DNA from: Cyanophyceae cyanobacterium
GTDB lineage: Bacteria > Cyanobacteriota > Cyanobacteriia > Cyanobacteriales > Laspinemataceae
Direction: 5' to 3'
Length of the DNA: 21,685 bases
Assembly: GCA_038321985.1 (NCBI GenBank)
Contig: JBBQFN010000055.1
Span: 1-21,685, forward strand
Below, in pieces: positions 1 to 9,506 of the stretch (positions within the stretch are counted from its first letter, which is position 1; every line of letters begins with the position of its first letter). Both the position numbers and the translations under genes were made by a program. A model generated the notes under the pieces. The model saw nothing but the letters and a program-made list of their open reading frames with translations, was not told the DNA's origin and made no database searches.

Positions 1-54
1 AAAAAACTCTCTTGTTAGAATTACAGCTTTCACTCACCCCCAGAGGAGTCAGTC

Positions 55-606
55 GTGGCAAGTCACAAGATCCTAGTTATCGATGATAGTGCAGTGATCC
101 GGCGCATGGTCAGAGATATGCTGCCTGCCGGTAACTTTGAAGTGTTAGAAGCAAAAGACGGCGAGCAAGGACTCAAACAGATCCGCGAAGAACGCCCTAA
201 CCTGATTATGTTGGACTTCCTATTGCCAAAAGTCAGCGGTTGGGAGGTGTTCCAGCAGTTGGAGAAAATCTCTAAAACTGAAGGAAAGATGACTCCCCTC
301 GTTTTGATGTCAGGACGTAAGGAGGAAGTCGCGGAAAAAATTGCCGAACCGTTCAATTATTTTGAATTTATCGAGAAGCCATTTGAGAAAAAATCCCTGA
401 TTGAAGCGATTAAAACTTCAATGGCGAAGGCCAAAAAATGGCAACCGGAAGGTACTCCAGTACCTCAACCCGTCCCAGGTGGAGGTGCCAGTGCTGCTGA
501 AATTCAGGCGCTCAAGCAGCAAATGGCTAAGATGCAGGCTGAGATTAATGCATTGAAGAAACAAATGTCTCAAGTGGTGACTCTGATCAAGACCAAGTTG
601 AAGTAG
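55..606 (+). CDS. CheY-like response regulator (receiver domain plus C-terminal coiled coil)
   Basis: KILVIDDS acidic pocket, LIMLDFLLPKVSG (phospho-Asp), LMSG, EKPF; Pro/Gly linker then heptad tail EIQALKQQMAKMQAEINALKKQM; GTG start with GAGGAG RBS upstream. Confidence 0.93.
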   Translation: MASHKILVIDDSAVIRRMVRDMLPAGNFEVLEAKDGEQGLKQIREERPNLIMLDFLLPKVSGWEVFQQLEKISKTEGKMTPLVLMSGRKEEVAEKIAEPFNYFEFIEKPFEKKSLIEAIKTSMAKAKKWQPEGTPVPQPVPGGGASAAEIQALKQQMAKMQAEINALKKQMSQVVTLIKTKLK

Positions 607-840
607 TTCCTAGGTGCACCAAGGGTGTCAACAAACTGATCTCAAGCGCACTCTGTCGTTTCTATCGGCTTCGACGGGGAATTTGCGTAGGGTGAATAAT
701 GGGTTGCTGACCCAAGGGACCTCTGGTTCGAGATTTACGGCGGCGATCGCTCTATATTCCAGTGCGATCGCAAGATTGCCGATCTCGTCGCAGTGGTCCA
801 GAATTCTTATGTCTGAAGTTTTAACAGAGAGTTGACCTAA

Positions 841-1875
841 ATGGCTATTGAGTCCCACTTTGCCGAACGTCTGCGGGAGACAGCAAGGCGATCGCTGGAG
901 TTGATAGACCGCTTCTCCCAAGCCCGAGTCCTGGTGATTGGGGATTTGACCCTGGATGAATTTCTCACGGGTCAGGTAGAGCGCATTTCCCGAGAAGCAC
1001 CTGTATTAATTATTCGCCATGAAAGCACCCGCCAAGTCCCCGGAGGGGGAGCCAATGCGGTTTATAATCTGGCAAAAATGGGGGCTAATGTCAAGGTGGC
1101 TGGTTTAGTCGGCCAAGATGAACAAGGAAAAGCCTTGTGCAGCATTTTTGAAGCGGCAGGAATCGACACGGGGGGTATTTTCATCGATCGCGATCGGCCA
1201 ACTGTTACCAAAACCCGGATTTCCGGCCATGCGCGTCAGTCGGTGACCCAGCAGGTTGTCCGGGTCGATCGCAAATCCGATGAGTTGCCTAGCTTAGACT
1301 TACAGCTACAACTGGCAGACTACATCCGCGCTCAACTGCCAACTGTCGATGCCGTAGTCTGTTCAGACTATGGAGATGGGGTGCTTACCCCGGCGGTCAT
1401 TGAGGCGGCATTAGGACATGAACTGACGGTGGTGGATGCTCAAACACAGCTTCAGCGCTATGGGGGTGCCACCATTTTTACCCCCAATGTCCCGGAAGCC
1501 GAGCAAGCGGTGGGATATTCGATTACCACTCCCTCATCTGTTACCCAAGCTTCACGGGACCTGCTGACCCTGACTCAGGCGGAACAAATGCTGATTACTC
1601 GGGGGGATGAAGGCATGACTTTATCCGATCGCACCGGGAGTGAACATCACATCCCCCCCTTCAATCGCACTGATGTATTTGACGTCACCGGTGCCGGGGA
1701 TACGGTGGTTTCGGCACTCACTCTAGGATTATGTGCCGGGGGTTCCTACTGGGAGGCGGCGGTTCTGGGTAATTTGGCGGCGAGTATTGTGGTTCGTCAA
1801 TTTGGGACCGCAACGACTACTCAAGGGGAAATGAAGGAAGCGTTAGCCTTACTGTTGAGCGAGGAGAATAATTGA
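841..1875 (+). CDS. rfaE1: PfkB-family kinase, RfaE domain I / D-glycero-beta-D-manno-heptose-7-phosphate kinase-like (stand-alone)
   Basis: VLVIGDLTLDEF, RISREAPV, PGGGANA, TKTRI, SDYGDG, TPNVPEA, ITRGDEGM, DVTGAGDTVV motifs. Confidence 0.88.
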   Translation: MAIESHFAERLRETARRSLELIDRFSQARVLVIGDLTLDEFLTGQVERISREAPVLIIRHESTRQVPGGGANAVYNLAKMGANVKVAGLVGQDEQGKALCSIFEAAGIDTGGIFIDRDRPTVTKTRISGHARQSVTQQVVRVDRKSDELPSLDLQLQLADYIRAQLPTVDAVVCSDYGDGVLTPAVIEAALGHELTVVDAQTQLQRYGGATIFTPNVPEAEQAVGYSITTPSSVTQASRDLLTLTQAEQMLITRGDEGMTLSDRTGSEHHIPPFNRTDVFDVTGAGDTVVSALTLGLCAGGSYWEAAVLGNLAASIVVRQFGTATTTQGEMKEALALLLSEENN

Positions 1876-1970
1876 CGCAGACTGGAGAGCAATCTCCCCT
1901 GGGGCGATCGCCCATGAAATTTGGACATCCGATAAAAATACAGTGAGGATACTCCCACCGGATTTACCCT

Positions 1971-2039
1971 AAGAAACCGGGTTTCTCAGAAAATGGGTTG
2001 GTTCATAAGCGAGATCTCTATTGAGAAACCCGGTTTTTT
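1971..2039. repeat. Dispersed inverted-repeat element (AGAAACCGGGTTTCT family), copy 1
   Basis: AAGAAACCGGGTTTCTCA (1971-1988) and TGAGAAACCCGGTTTTTT (2022-2039) are inverted, 17/18 match; each arm is itself near-palindromic. Confidence 0.85.
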
Positions 2040-2430
2040 CTCCCCTGAGAAACGCGGTCCAGAATCTGGCTGACCGGGCGATCGCCTGGATTTGGGGTAA
2101 ATCTGACGAGGCGGTACATAAGCGTAAGCAATCACAAATTAGGGGAAAGCTCAGAATTATAGGTATATCTGCCACACTCGGGCTGGGAAATGTAAAAATA
2201 TTATTATTTTATTAGGCCGTCACTTTTGCCGGAGACTTGACTCCCTTGAGCCTTATCGTCTCCACGAGGGGATCGCCCGATGGGAGAGGGGTTTAACCAT
2301 TTTGACCTGTCCCGGTTAACCGGGATTTCGGGGAAGGATTGGGTGCGATCCCGCTCCAGTTTAACCGCCTTCGGCTAACTGTGCGCAGAGTTTCTCTCAC
2401 GGGAATAGTAGCTTTTTTAAGGCAATTCGG

Positions 2431-2436
2431 TACAAT
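2431..2436 (+). promoter_or_regulatory. Candidate -10 box (TACAAT) for the pmgA-like gene
   Basis: GGTACAATAAAAGTG about 400 bp upstream of the GTG start; no clear -35. Confidence 0.35.
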
Positions 2437-2831
2437 AAAAGTGAAAACAGTTCGTGATTCAGGTCACAAACATGGTTTTAGCAATATGGAGATTTACAGT
2501 CCCGTGACCTGTACAAGCCCTCTGGGAATCGCCCTTTGAACCCATAAACATGGCAGGTCCCCGGGTTCATGAGTGTTAGATCTGTTCCTTCTCAACCCTG
2601 ACTCTTGGGCCAGCATAATGTTTGACCCCCTGGGAGTCCTTTCCCACAGAAGAGTAGGGAGAAGCCAGATTTCACCGATGAGAAAGGATGGATGATCGCC
2701 ATAGCAAGGGTCACTTTCCGCCGAAGGTTTCGACCGACTCAAGGAAAGGGTGCAACCTGAGCGTTCAGGTATTCTACAGGGTCTTGCTCAACCAACTGAT
2801 GTATTTTTTCTAAAGCTGCGGGGTTTTTTTT

Positions 2832-3281
2832 GTGATTGCTATTTCCCCTCGTCCAATAGAGCGTAGCTGGAACACCATTAGCTTTGCTTCCACGCTCTAT
2901 TTATGCCCAGTCCTGGATCTGTTGTTGGTTGATATTCCGCACCAATGGCACGCAGAAATCCGACTTGGACTTCAGGAAGCCTTAGTCAATGCTGCCAAGC
3001 ATGGAAACAATTTAGATCCCCGAAAAACCGTAGTGGTTCGATTCAGTGCGGTCGCCGATGAATACTGGTGGGCGATCGCTGATCAAGGAAAGGGCTTTGC
3101 CTGTGCTTGTCCTTGTCACGTCGATCCTGATGAACATTTGCCCCATGATGAAGGCGAATGCGGCAGAGGACTTTTTATTTTACACCAAATTTTTGATCAA
3201 GTAAATTGGGATGATCAAAATAGAGAACTCAAATTATGCAAACAATTTAATCAACCCTCCCGATTACCCAGACTTCGGTAG
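2832..3281 (+). CDS. pmgA: PmgA-like anti-sigma factor / RsbW-type Ser/Thr kinase (HATPase_c)
   Basis: W.TISFASTLYLCPVLDLLL N-terminus, LGLQEALVNAAKHGN (N box), IADQGKGF (G1), ECGRGLFIL (G2); GTG start. Confidence 0.78.
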   Translation: MIAISPRPIERSWNTISFASTLYLCPVLDLLLVDIPHQWHAEIRLGLQEALVNAAKHGNNLDPRKTVVVRFSAVADEYWWAIADQGKGFACACPCHVDPDEHLPHDEGECGRGLFILHQIFDQVNWDDQNRELKLCKQFNQPSRLPRLR

Positions 3282-3369
3282 GCGACTGCGAAGCTCACCG
3301 GCTCAAGAGTTGATGGATATTGAAAATTGACCCCAACCCGGGGAAATGCTCCCGTGCAGTTCTCCTTGA

Positions 3370-3690
3370 CTATTTAGAAGGGCGATCGCCATGAGTCGGA
3401 CAGGGGGGAGCGCTAATTGAGCGATCAATCCACCCCGTTGCTTGCTGGAGTCGTAACAGTGCCTCTTCGGGGTTCTCCTTGAGCAACAATACTAAGGCTG
3501 CTGCTGCCTGTTCCTTCGCACGAACCAATCGGTTAGACTTCAAACGATGCCAATCGGTTTCGGTCAAAGTCAGGCGTTCCGCGAGGGCCTGAGCTAATTC
3601 TAGGGTGCTAAACTCTTGTAACTTGGCCGAAAGAGGACTGTGCAAACCCGTCGTTGTCCGGTTGCCGTGGGTTGGAGTTGGGTTAGCCAT
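3370..3690 (-). CDS. Conserved cyanobacterial hypothetical protein (DUF6439-like)
   Basis: STLELAQALAERL..DWHRLKSNR..RAKEQAAAAL..A.GW.DRSISAPPCPTHG; start placed at ATG 3690 (ORF track extends to 3708). Confidence 0.75.
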   Translation of the reverse strand: MANPTPTHGNRTTTGLHSPLSAKLQEFSTLELAQALAERLTLTETDWHRLKSNRLVRAKEQAAAALVLLLKENPEEALLRLQQATGWIDRSISAPPCPTHGDRPSK

Positions 3691-3876
3691 TGTACAAATC
3701 CCATTCAATGGGGGCGAATTTCCATCCCTGTCTAGAATTCAGGGAGCATCGCTCCATGTAGTTTTAGGAGCAGCGATGTCGTTAATGGAAAAAGAGTAGA
3801 AATAGCATACCATATTTATGGCCTTCTACATGGGCAGGTTCTATCAATTCTCTATTTCTCTTCTTAAATCCTTTCA

Positions 3877-4332
3877 ATGACATTACCCTCAGACCCATCC
3901 GAACCCCCAGACTCTCAGGGATCCGCCCAATTGCGAAGCGATCGCGGAACGAATCGAGAGGGTCCCGACGGACCAGGCAGCAATCCGTTGGCAGAAATTG
4001 AGCGCGCAATTCAAGAAACCGAGCGATCGCTCAACCTCCTCAAAGAGCGGATCGTGCAAGTCCAGCGTGATCGCCAGCGTCAACGAGAACTTCAAAACCG
4101 CCGAGACGACATCCGTCGAGAAGTCCGTCAAGCCAAAAATGCCAACCCTTCCCTGATCCGTGAACTCAAACAAGAGTTAAAACAAATCCAGGCTAACCTA
4201 GAGGCGATCGAACTCAACTTAGAAAGCGAACTCTTTAGTTTTAGCGCCCTTAAAGAACCCTTTTGGCAAGCCATCCGCTTTGGTGGAATTGGCATCATTA
4301 TCGGCTGGTTACTAAGAGCTTGGGCCAGCTAA
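3877..4332 (+). CDS. Coiled-coil protein with C-terminal membrane anchor
   Basis: Long heptad helices followed by LESELFS..FWQAIRFGGIGIIIGWLLR hydrophobic tail. Confidence 0.8.
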   Translation: MTLPSDPSEPPDSQGSAQLRSDRGTNREGPDGPGSNPLAEIERAIQETERSLNLLKERIVQVQRDRQRQRELQNRRDDIRREVRQAKNANPSLIRELKQELKQIQANLEAIELNLESELFSFSALKEPFWQAIRFGGIGIIIGWLLRAWAS

Positions 4333-4409
4333 AATTAAGAGGACATCCCTCACCGTTCAATCCTCAGTTAAAATCCTTAACATATTAACCCTAAACCCGA
4401 AACTATAAA

Positions 4410-5801
4410 ATGAAACAAAGGATTGTTGAAATTTTGCGGACCGGCGAACCCAAAACATCCGTAACAATTCAAGGATGGGTACGCACCAAACGGGAATTAA
4501 AAGAATTTACCTTTGTTGAAGTCAATGATGGCTCATCCCTTGCCAACCTTCAAATCGTTCTCAATCCTAACTTACCCGAGTACGGAGAGATTCTCAAACA
4601 ACTCAACACAGGTGCATCCCTAGAAGTCTCCGGGGTACTCGTAGAATCTCCCGCCAAAGGACAGCGAATCGAACTCAACGCTTCTGAAGTGAAAGTTTAT
4701 GGCGAATCCGACCCGGAAACGTACCCCCTACAAAAAAAGCGGCACTCCTTTGAATTTTTGCGGACGATCGGACATTTGCGGGGACGAACCAACACCTTTG
4801 GCGCTGTCTTTCGCGTCCGTAACGCTGCCGCCACGGCAATTCACCAATTCTTCCAAGAACGGGGTTTTCTGTGGGTGCATACCCCGATTATGACCGCCAG
4901 TGACTGTGAAGGCGCGGGGGAAATGTTAGCCGTCACCAGCTTAAATCTCCAGGAAATTCCCCGGTTAGCGAATAGTAATCAAGTGGACTATGGAAAAGAC
5001 TTTTTCGGTAAACCCGCTTACCTAACCGTCAGTGGTCAATTAGAAGCTGAAGTCATGGCAATGGCTTTGAGTGATGTTTATACCTTTGGTCCTACCTTTC
5101 GCGCTGAAAATTCCAACACTTCGCGACACCTAGCGGAGTTTTGGATGGTGGAACCGGAAATGGCTTTTTGCAACCTAACGGGAGACATGGATTTAGCCGA
5201 GGCCTTCTTAAAATATATTTTTAAGTTTGTATTAGAAAAATGTCCGGAAGATATGGAATTTTTCAACGATCGCATCGATAAAACGGTGTTGGAAACGGCC
5301 AATAATATCATTAACAATCAGTTTGAGCGAGTGTCCTATACTGAGGCAGTCGCCCTTTTGAAAAAAGCCGATAAAAAATTCGAGTTTCCTGTAGAGTGGG
5401 GACTAGATTTGCAATCGGAACATGAACGTTATCTGGCAGAAGAGTTATTTAAAAAACCGGCGATCGTCACGGATTATCCCGTAGAAATCAAAGCTTTTTA
5501 CATGAGGATAAATGATGATAACAAGACCGTAGCCGCGATGGACATTCTCGCCCCTAAAATTGGTGAAATTATCGGGGGTTCCCAACGGGAAGAACGTCTC
5601 GATATTCTCCAACGCAGGCTAGAACAGCAAGGACTCAGTGTTGAAGATTATTGGTGGTACTTAGATTTACGCCGCTACGGGAGTGTTCCTCATGCCGGGT
5701 TCGGATTAGGATTCGAGCGCTTAATTCAGTTTATGACCGGAATGAGCAACATCCGGGATGTAATTCCCTTCCCCCGCGCACCCCTAAGCATCGATTTTTA
5801 A
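4410..5801 (+). CDS. asnS: Asparagine--tRNA ligase
   Basis: GWVRTKR OB fold, [57 protein letters not shown] (motif 2), [11 protein letters not shown] (motif 3). Confidence 0.99.
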   Translation: MKQRIVEILRTGEPKTSVTIQGWVRTKRELKEFTFVEVNDGSSLANLQIVLNPNLPEYGEILKQLNTGASLEVSGVLVESPAKGQRIELNASEVKVYGESDPETYPLQKKRHSFEFLRTIGHLRGRTNTFGAVFRVRNAAATAIHQFFQERGFLWVHTPIMTASDCEGAGEMLAVTSLNLQEIPRLANSNQVDYGKDFFGKPAYLTVSGQLEAEVMAMALSDVYTFGPTFRAENSNTSRHLAEFWMVEPEMAFCNLTGDMDLAEAFLKYIFKFVLEKCPEDMEFFNDRIDKTVLETANNIINNQFERVSYTEAVALLKKADKKFEFPVEWGLDLQSEHERYLAEELFKKPAIVTDYPVEIKAFYMRINDDNKTVAAMDILAPKIGEIIGGSQREERLDILQRRLEQQGLSVEDYWWYLDLRRYGSVPHAGFGLGFERLIQFMTGMSNIRDVIPFPRAPLSIDF

Positions 5802-5810
5802 GTTGGGGAA

Positions 5811-5878
5811 AAGAAACCGGGTTTCTAGCTTAATATAGATGGCTTTTTGGCCGAGATTTTGATAAGAAACCCGGTTTC
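5811..5878. repeat. Dispersed inverted-repeat element (AGAAACCGGGTTTCT family), copy 2, between convergent genes
   Basis: GAAACCGGGTTTCT (5813-5826) and AGAAACCCGGTTTC (5865-5878) form a perfect 14-bp inverted pair; the spacer shares CGAGAT with copy 1. Confidence 0.85.
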
Positions 5879-5900
5879 AAACCTTGAGTGTAACCCCAGA

Positions 5901-7532
5901 CTAGGGATTGGAAAAGGTATTAATATTACCACCGCCAATATAGCGACCGGGAATCGAATTGGGGACTGAAAACAGCTGAATCGGTGGAAGGGTTTGCACT
6001 CCGGGGGTGTCTGTGTTGAGATTCAGGCCAGAACTATCCATTGGAGGAGACGGAACCGAGGGGGGATTTAAGGGTTGATAAGTTGGGACATTGGTAGGGG
6101 AATTCACAGAGGAGGGACTTGGGCGATCGCCAGGTTGATTCAGGGGTTGCACTCCTGGAGAAACAGAAGGAGAATTGCCCATAGGTTGGTTACTGGGAGT
6201 CTGATAGACCGCAGAGTTAGGGGCTTGATAAGAGGGAGTTTCTAGGTTGCTTGCGGGTAGCGGAACAGCAGTGGGTGCCCCTGGAGCCAGGGGAACAAGT
6301 TCCCCTCCCGATCGCAATAAATAGTCGTAAGCATTGGTGGGATTGGAATTTAGAACGGGCGGGATAGAGGGCAGGGGTTGATAATTATTCTCTGTGTAAT
6401 CGACCCCATAGGAAGGACTAATTTCTCCCGGCAATCTAGGGGTAATTGGCACATTGGGGTCTATGTACCCTCGGTTGGGGCTAAATTCCTCCACCAAGTA
6501 GGGATTCGGGGGAGTGCCGTTAAGAGTTTGGGTCGGTTGAGGCGTGTTTCCGTAGGGACTCGGTGAAGTGGGGGAAGTCCCGTAAGGGCTTTGGGGAGAT
6601 TGAGCTGTATTTCCAGAGGGACTTGAGACATTCTGGGGAGTGCCATTAGGAGTTTGGGCCGGTTGAGGCGTGTTTCCGTAGGGACTCGGTGAAGTTGGGG
6701 ACCCGGAGTTAGCCGGATTTTGGGGGCTGTTGGGCCTATTTTCAGGAGAACTCCCTTGATTGGTTTCTCCTTGATTGGATTGTTGTTGAGGGGTAGACTC
6801 CGATGATTGAGTCTCTTGGGTGTCGTCAGAATTGCGATCGCCACTCGTCGAAGCCTTCGGAGAATACAGTCGATCCATTGCCGCTTGCAAGGGACTTACG
6901 GGCAATTGGGTTACATCTGGGGTCTGAAAATTGTTCACGCTGCCAGAATAGATTCCCAACCGACTCCCGGGCAGCGGGGGAGTCTCAATGGCGTTTCCTG
7001 AAAGCGTAGGCATCCCCGGGACGCTGAGGGAGGGTAGCTCTTGGGAGGAGGGATCCAGCGGGGGCAAGAGAGAGAGTTCAGGGAGATTATATAGATCTTC
7101 CCCCTGTGGGTTGAGGCCCTCTACTGTACCTACATCCCTGTTAGGGGGGGGTGGGGTGCCCTTCTGCTGCGGTCGCGCCCCTAAAGCCCTCAGGTTAGAG
7201 TTCGTCCCTCTCCTGGGAATCTGCATTTCCTCCAGGGGCTGCATCTGATTCAAATCACTGATCAGTACGGATGAACTATCTATATCCGCAGCGATCCCAC
7301 TGTCTTCTATAGAAATTCCTGTCCACCCTTGGGGCTCTTCTTCGATGTCCAACTCTTCATCATTATCTAGGGTGAACAGATAGAACCGTTCAGGATTTTG
7401 GGAGAACTCCCAGATCAAGACGGTTAAGAGTCCCAAAACAAGTACGGAACCCCAAACGAAGGGTCGCGTGTAATTTCTTAACCTCGCTCGGATTTTGCGG
7501 ATGGAAGAAGGAGTTGGCTTGGGGTGTGACAT
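5901..7532 (-). CDS. Pro/Ser/Gln-rich single-pass membrane protein of unknown function
   Basis: Basic N-terminus, TM segment (FVWGSVLVLGLLTVLIWEF), IAADIDSSSVL motif, long low-complexity region, ordered C-terminus PGRYIGGGNINTFSNP; start placed at ATG 7532 (ORF track 7559). Confidence 0.82.
   Translation of the reverse strand: MSHPKPTPSSIRKIRARLRNYTRPFVWGSVLVLGLLTVLIWEFSQNPERFYLFTLDNDEELDIEEEPQGWTGISIEDSGIAADIDSSSVLISDLNQMQPLEEMQIPRRGTNSNLRALGARPQQKGTPPPPNRDVGTVEGLNPQGEDLYNLPELSLLPPLDPSSQELPSLSVPGMPTLSGNAIETPPLPGSRLGIYSGSVNNFQTPDVTQLPVSPLQAAMDRLYSPKASTSGDRNSDDTQETQSSESTPQQQSNQGETNQGSSPENRPNSPQNPANSGSPTSPSPYGNTPQPAQTPNGTPQNVSSPSGNTAQSPQSPYGTSPTSPSPYGNTPQPTQTLNGTPPNPYLVEEFSPNRGYIDPNVPITPRLPGEISPSYGVDYTENNYQPLPSIPPVLNSNPTNAYDYLLRSGGELVPLAPGAPTAVPLPASNLETPSYQAPNSAVYQTPSNQPMGNSPSVSPGVQPLNQPGDRPSPSSVNSPTNVPTYQPLNPPSVPSPPMDSSGLNLNTDTPGVQTLPPIQLFSVPNSIPGRYIGGGNINTFSNP
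6509..6701. repeat. Intragenic direct repeat, 67 bp, 126-bp period
   Basis: 6509-6575 vs 6635-6701 match at 63/67; encodes SPTSPSPYGNTPQPxQTxNGTP twice. Confidence 0.92.
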
Positions 7533-7748
7533 AGCTATTAATGCCGGACTAACTTGCACGACAAAGGGAGGAACGGATCCATCTAGCAGAGGAGGTGATA
7601 CTGGAGTGGGAAATTGATCTAGGGCGTTGGGACCCGATGAGATTAAGAGGACAAAAACTGGTTTTATGGTCCCCTTCGTCAGTCAAGCGATCGCCTAGAG
7701 TGCCCTTTGTGAGTATTTGGGGGTGGGTTTCAATCCGACCGGGCTGGA

Positions 7749-7880
7749 CTATCAGCTAGTCTAAATCATTCGGGCAATATAATTTAGGAGTGGGAGCGTC
7801 TGCTCTGGCTTGCAGCAGTAGACAGAGCAGACGCTCCTACTCCTTGAAGAATTATCCCATTTATTTAGACAAGACTATAG
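7749..7880. repeat. Miniature palindromic (REP/MITE-like) element
   Basis: Inner 22-bp stem 7786-7807/7823-7844 (21/22) within imperfect 30-bp terminal inverted arms 7749-7778/7851-7880 (21/30); left arm recurs at 8007-8031 (23/25). Confidence 0.75.
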
Positions 7881-8115
7881 ATAGGCTCCCACTCTAGGTG
7901 ACAAGGGAGTAAATATTATCTATCCCAGAATACCCGCACTTGAGAGCTGGGGCAAGCTGTTATGGATAAATTTTTTTTATGGAATTACAATTGCTTACTC
8001 TATTATAGCTAGCCTAAATCATTCGCGCAATTTCACCAGGGGTGCGATCGCACCCAGGCTACCGGATGCTTTGCCTCTGGCGGGCCAAAGATTAAATCCC
8101 TTGATAAGCTCCAGT

Positions 8116-9291
8116 TTATCGCGAGGCCCGCACTAATAAAACTAAGGCGATCGCTAACCCTAGCACCATCGGCAACCAAGCAGCCATAAACGCAGAGAGA
8201 ACAGCAAGCTGACCCAAAGCATTGGCGAGAAAGGCCGTTAAATAATAGCCAAAAATGATAATAATGCTAATCCCAAAACTGGTTGCTTTACTGGCGCGTC
8301 GGGGTCCCAGTCCCAAGGTAGCTCCGACTAAACCAAAGAGAATACAGACAAAAGGAAGAGCATATTTTTGCTGAATTCGGACCTCTAATTCGCGAATATT
8401 CTTCTCACTACCACCCGTGCGAATAATTTTTAGCCGTTCTTTGGATTGGGCAATGTTCATTTCCCCATAATCTCGCCCTCGGGAAGCTAAATCTAAAGGA
8501 GTGCGGGGGAGTTTAAGCTGTTGATGCTCAAACCGGACAATATTCCGATAAGAGCCATCCGGGGCGATTAAATAAATAGTACCATTAAAAAAATCCCAAA
8601 TATTTTCTTGGGGATTCCAAGTTGCAGATTCTGCTGCAACAATCTGATTTAAACTTGATTGGGAACGGTCAAGAATCGTTAAGGTTTTCATCCGTTCCCC
8701 ATCAAATTCTTCCGCATAAAATAGGCGTTTCATCACGGTGACTCGATCGCCATCCTCTAGGGTCACCCGGTCAAATTCCGTATAAATAATATTCCGGTCC
8801 TGAAAAGAAGGTTTGTCTTGATTCGTCGCCTGCTGTAAAGTAACCGTTGCCTGGTAGTTGGCAACCGGAACGATCAATTCGTTAAAGGCAAAGGTTAATA
8901 GGGTGACAAAAAAGCTCAAAACGATCGCCGGGACTACTAATCGATAAACGCTAACGCCACAACTCCGTAAGGCTACGACTTCGCTATCAGCAGACATCCG
9001 CGAATAACCCATAAGGGTAGCGAGTAACACAGACATCGGAAAGGCTAAAACGATAAAATCGGGGAGCTTTAATAGAAAAATCTGGACAGCAATTTCTATG
9101 GGTAAGCCTTTTTCGGTGACGCGGCGCACGAGGTCAAATAAAGTGCCGATCGCCACACCCACGGAAGAAAATGAGCCGACTCCAAAGAGAAACGGCCCAA
9201 TTAACTCAAGGGCGATATAGCGATCCATCACCGAGCCTCGCAACAGCCACCAACTGAAGGATTGAACAGATTTCAATGAATTCGATATCAT
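8116..9291 (-). CDS. lptF: LptF/LptG (YjgP/YjgQ) family LPS export permease
   Basis: MDRYIA.EL..PFLFG, PMSVLLATL.GYSRMSADSEVVALRSCGVS, beta-rich periplasmic region, QQKYALPF; downstream of lptB. Exact start uncertain. Confidence 0.92.
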   Translation of the reverse strand: MISNSLKSVQSFSWWLLRGSVMDRYIALELIGPFLFGVGSFSSVGVAIGTLFDLVRRVTEKGLPIEIAVQIFLLKLPDFIVLAFPMSVLLATLMGYSRMSADSEVVALRSCGVSVYRLVVPAIVLSFFVTLLTFAFNELIVPVANYQATVTLQQATNQDKPSFQDRNIIYTEFDRVTLEDGDRVTVMKRLFYAEEFDGERMKTLTILDRSQSSLNQIVAAESATWNPQENIWDFFNGTIYLIAPDGSYRNIVRFEHQQLKLPRTPLDLASRGRDYGEMNIAQSKERLKIIRTGGSEKNIRELEVRIQQKYALPFVCILFGLVGATLGLGPRRASKATSFGISIIIIFGYYLTAFLANALGQLAVLSAFMAAWLPMVLGLAIALVLLVRASR

Positions 9292-9506
9292 GGGAAGTGT
9301 GAGGAGGAGTTGATGCGATGGCAGTTTTTAGCAGCCCCTAGGAGGGAGGGCTTTAACCCTGAAGCTGGTTATTAAAGCGAGGGATAAAGCCCTATTGAGC
9401 TTTAAATTTTTGAACATTAAATGAATCTAGTTATTTCATGGTTTTAAATCGGCATTAGCAATTTTTAAAGAAAAAAAAGGGTAATTTAATTCAAGTTGAT
9501 CTAGTT

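Noticed and set aside
614..2742. Short ORFs 614-835, 628-921, 1969-2175, 2021-2215, 2339-2539 and 2494-2742
   Set aside because: No protein-like motifs; several are translations of repeat elements or overlap real genes
2540..2790. 6S RNA (ssaA) or a known riboswitch upstream of pmgA
   Set aside because: I could not recognise the long-rod 6S structure or any riboswitch consensus; kept only as a generic structured-leader candidate
1971..5878. CRISPR array from the palindromic repeats
   Set aside because: Copies are inverted pairs dispersed over kilobases, not regularly spaced direct repeats, and no cas genes are present
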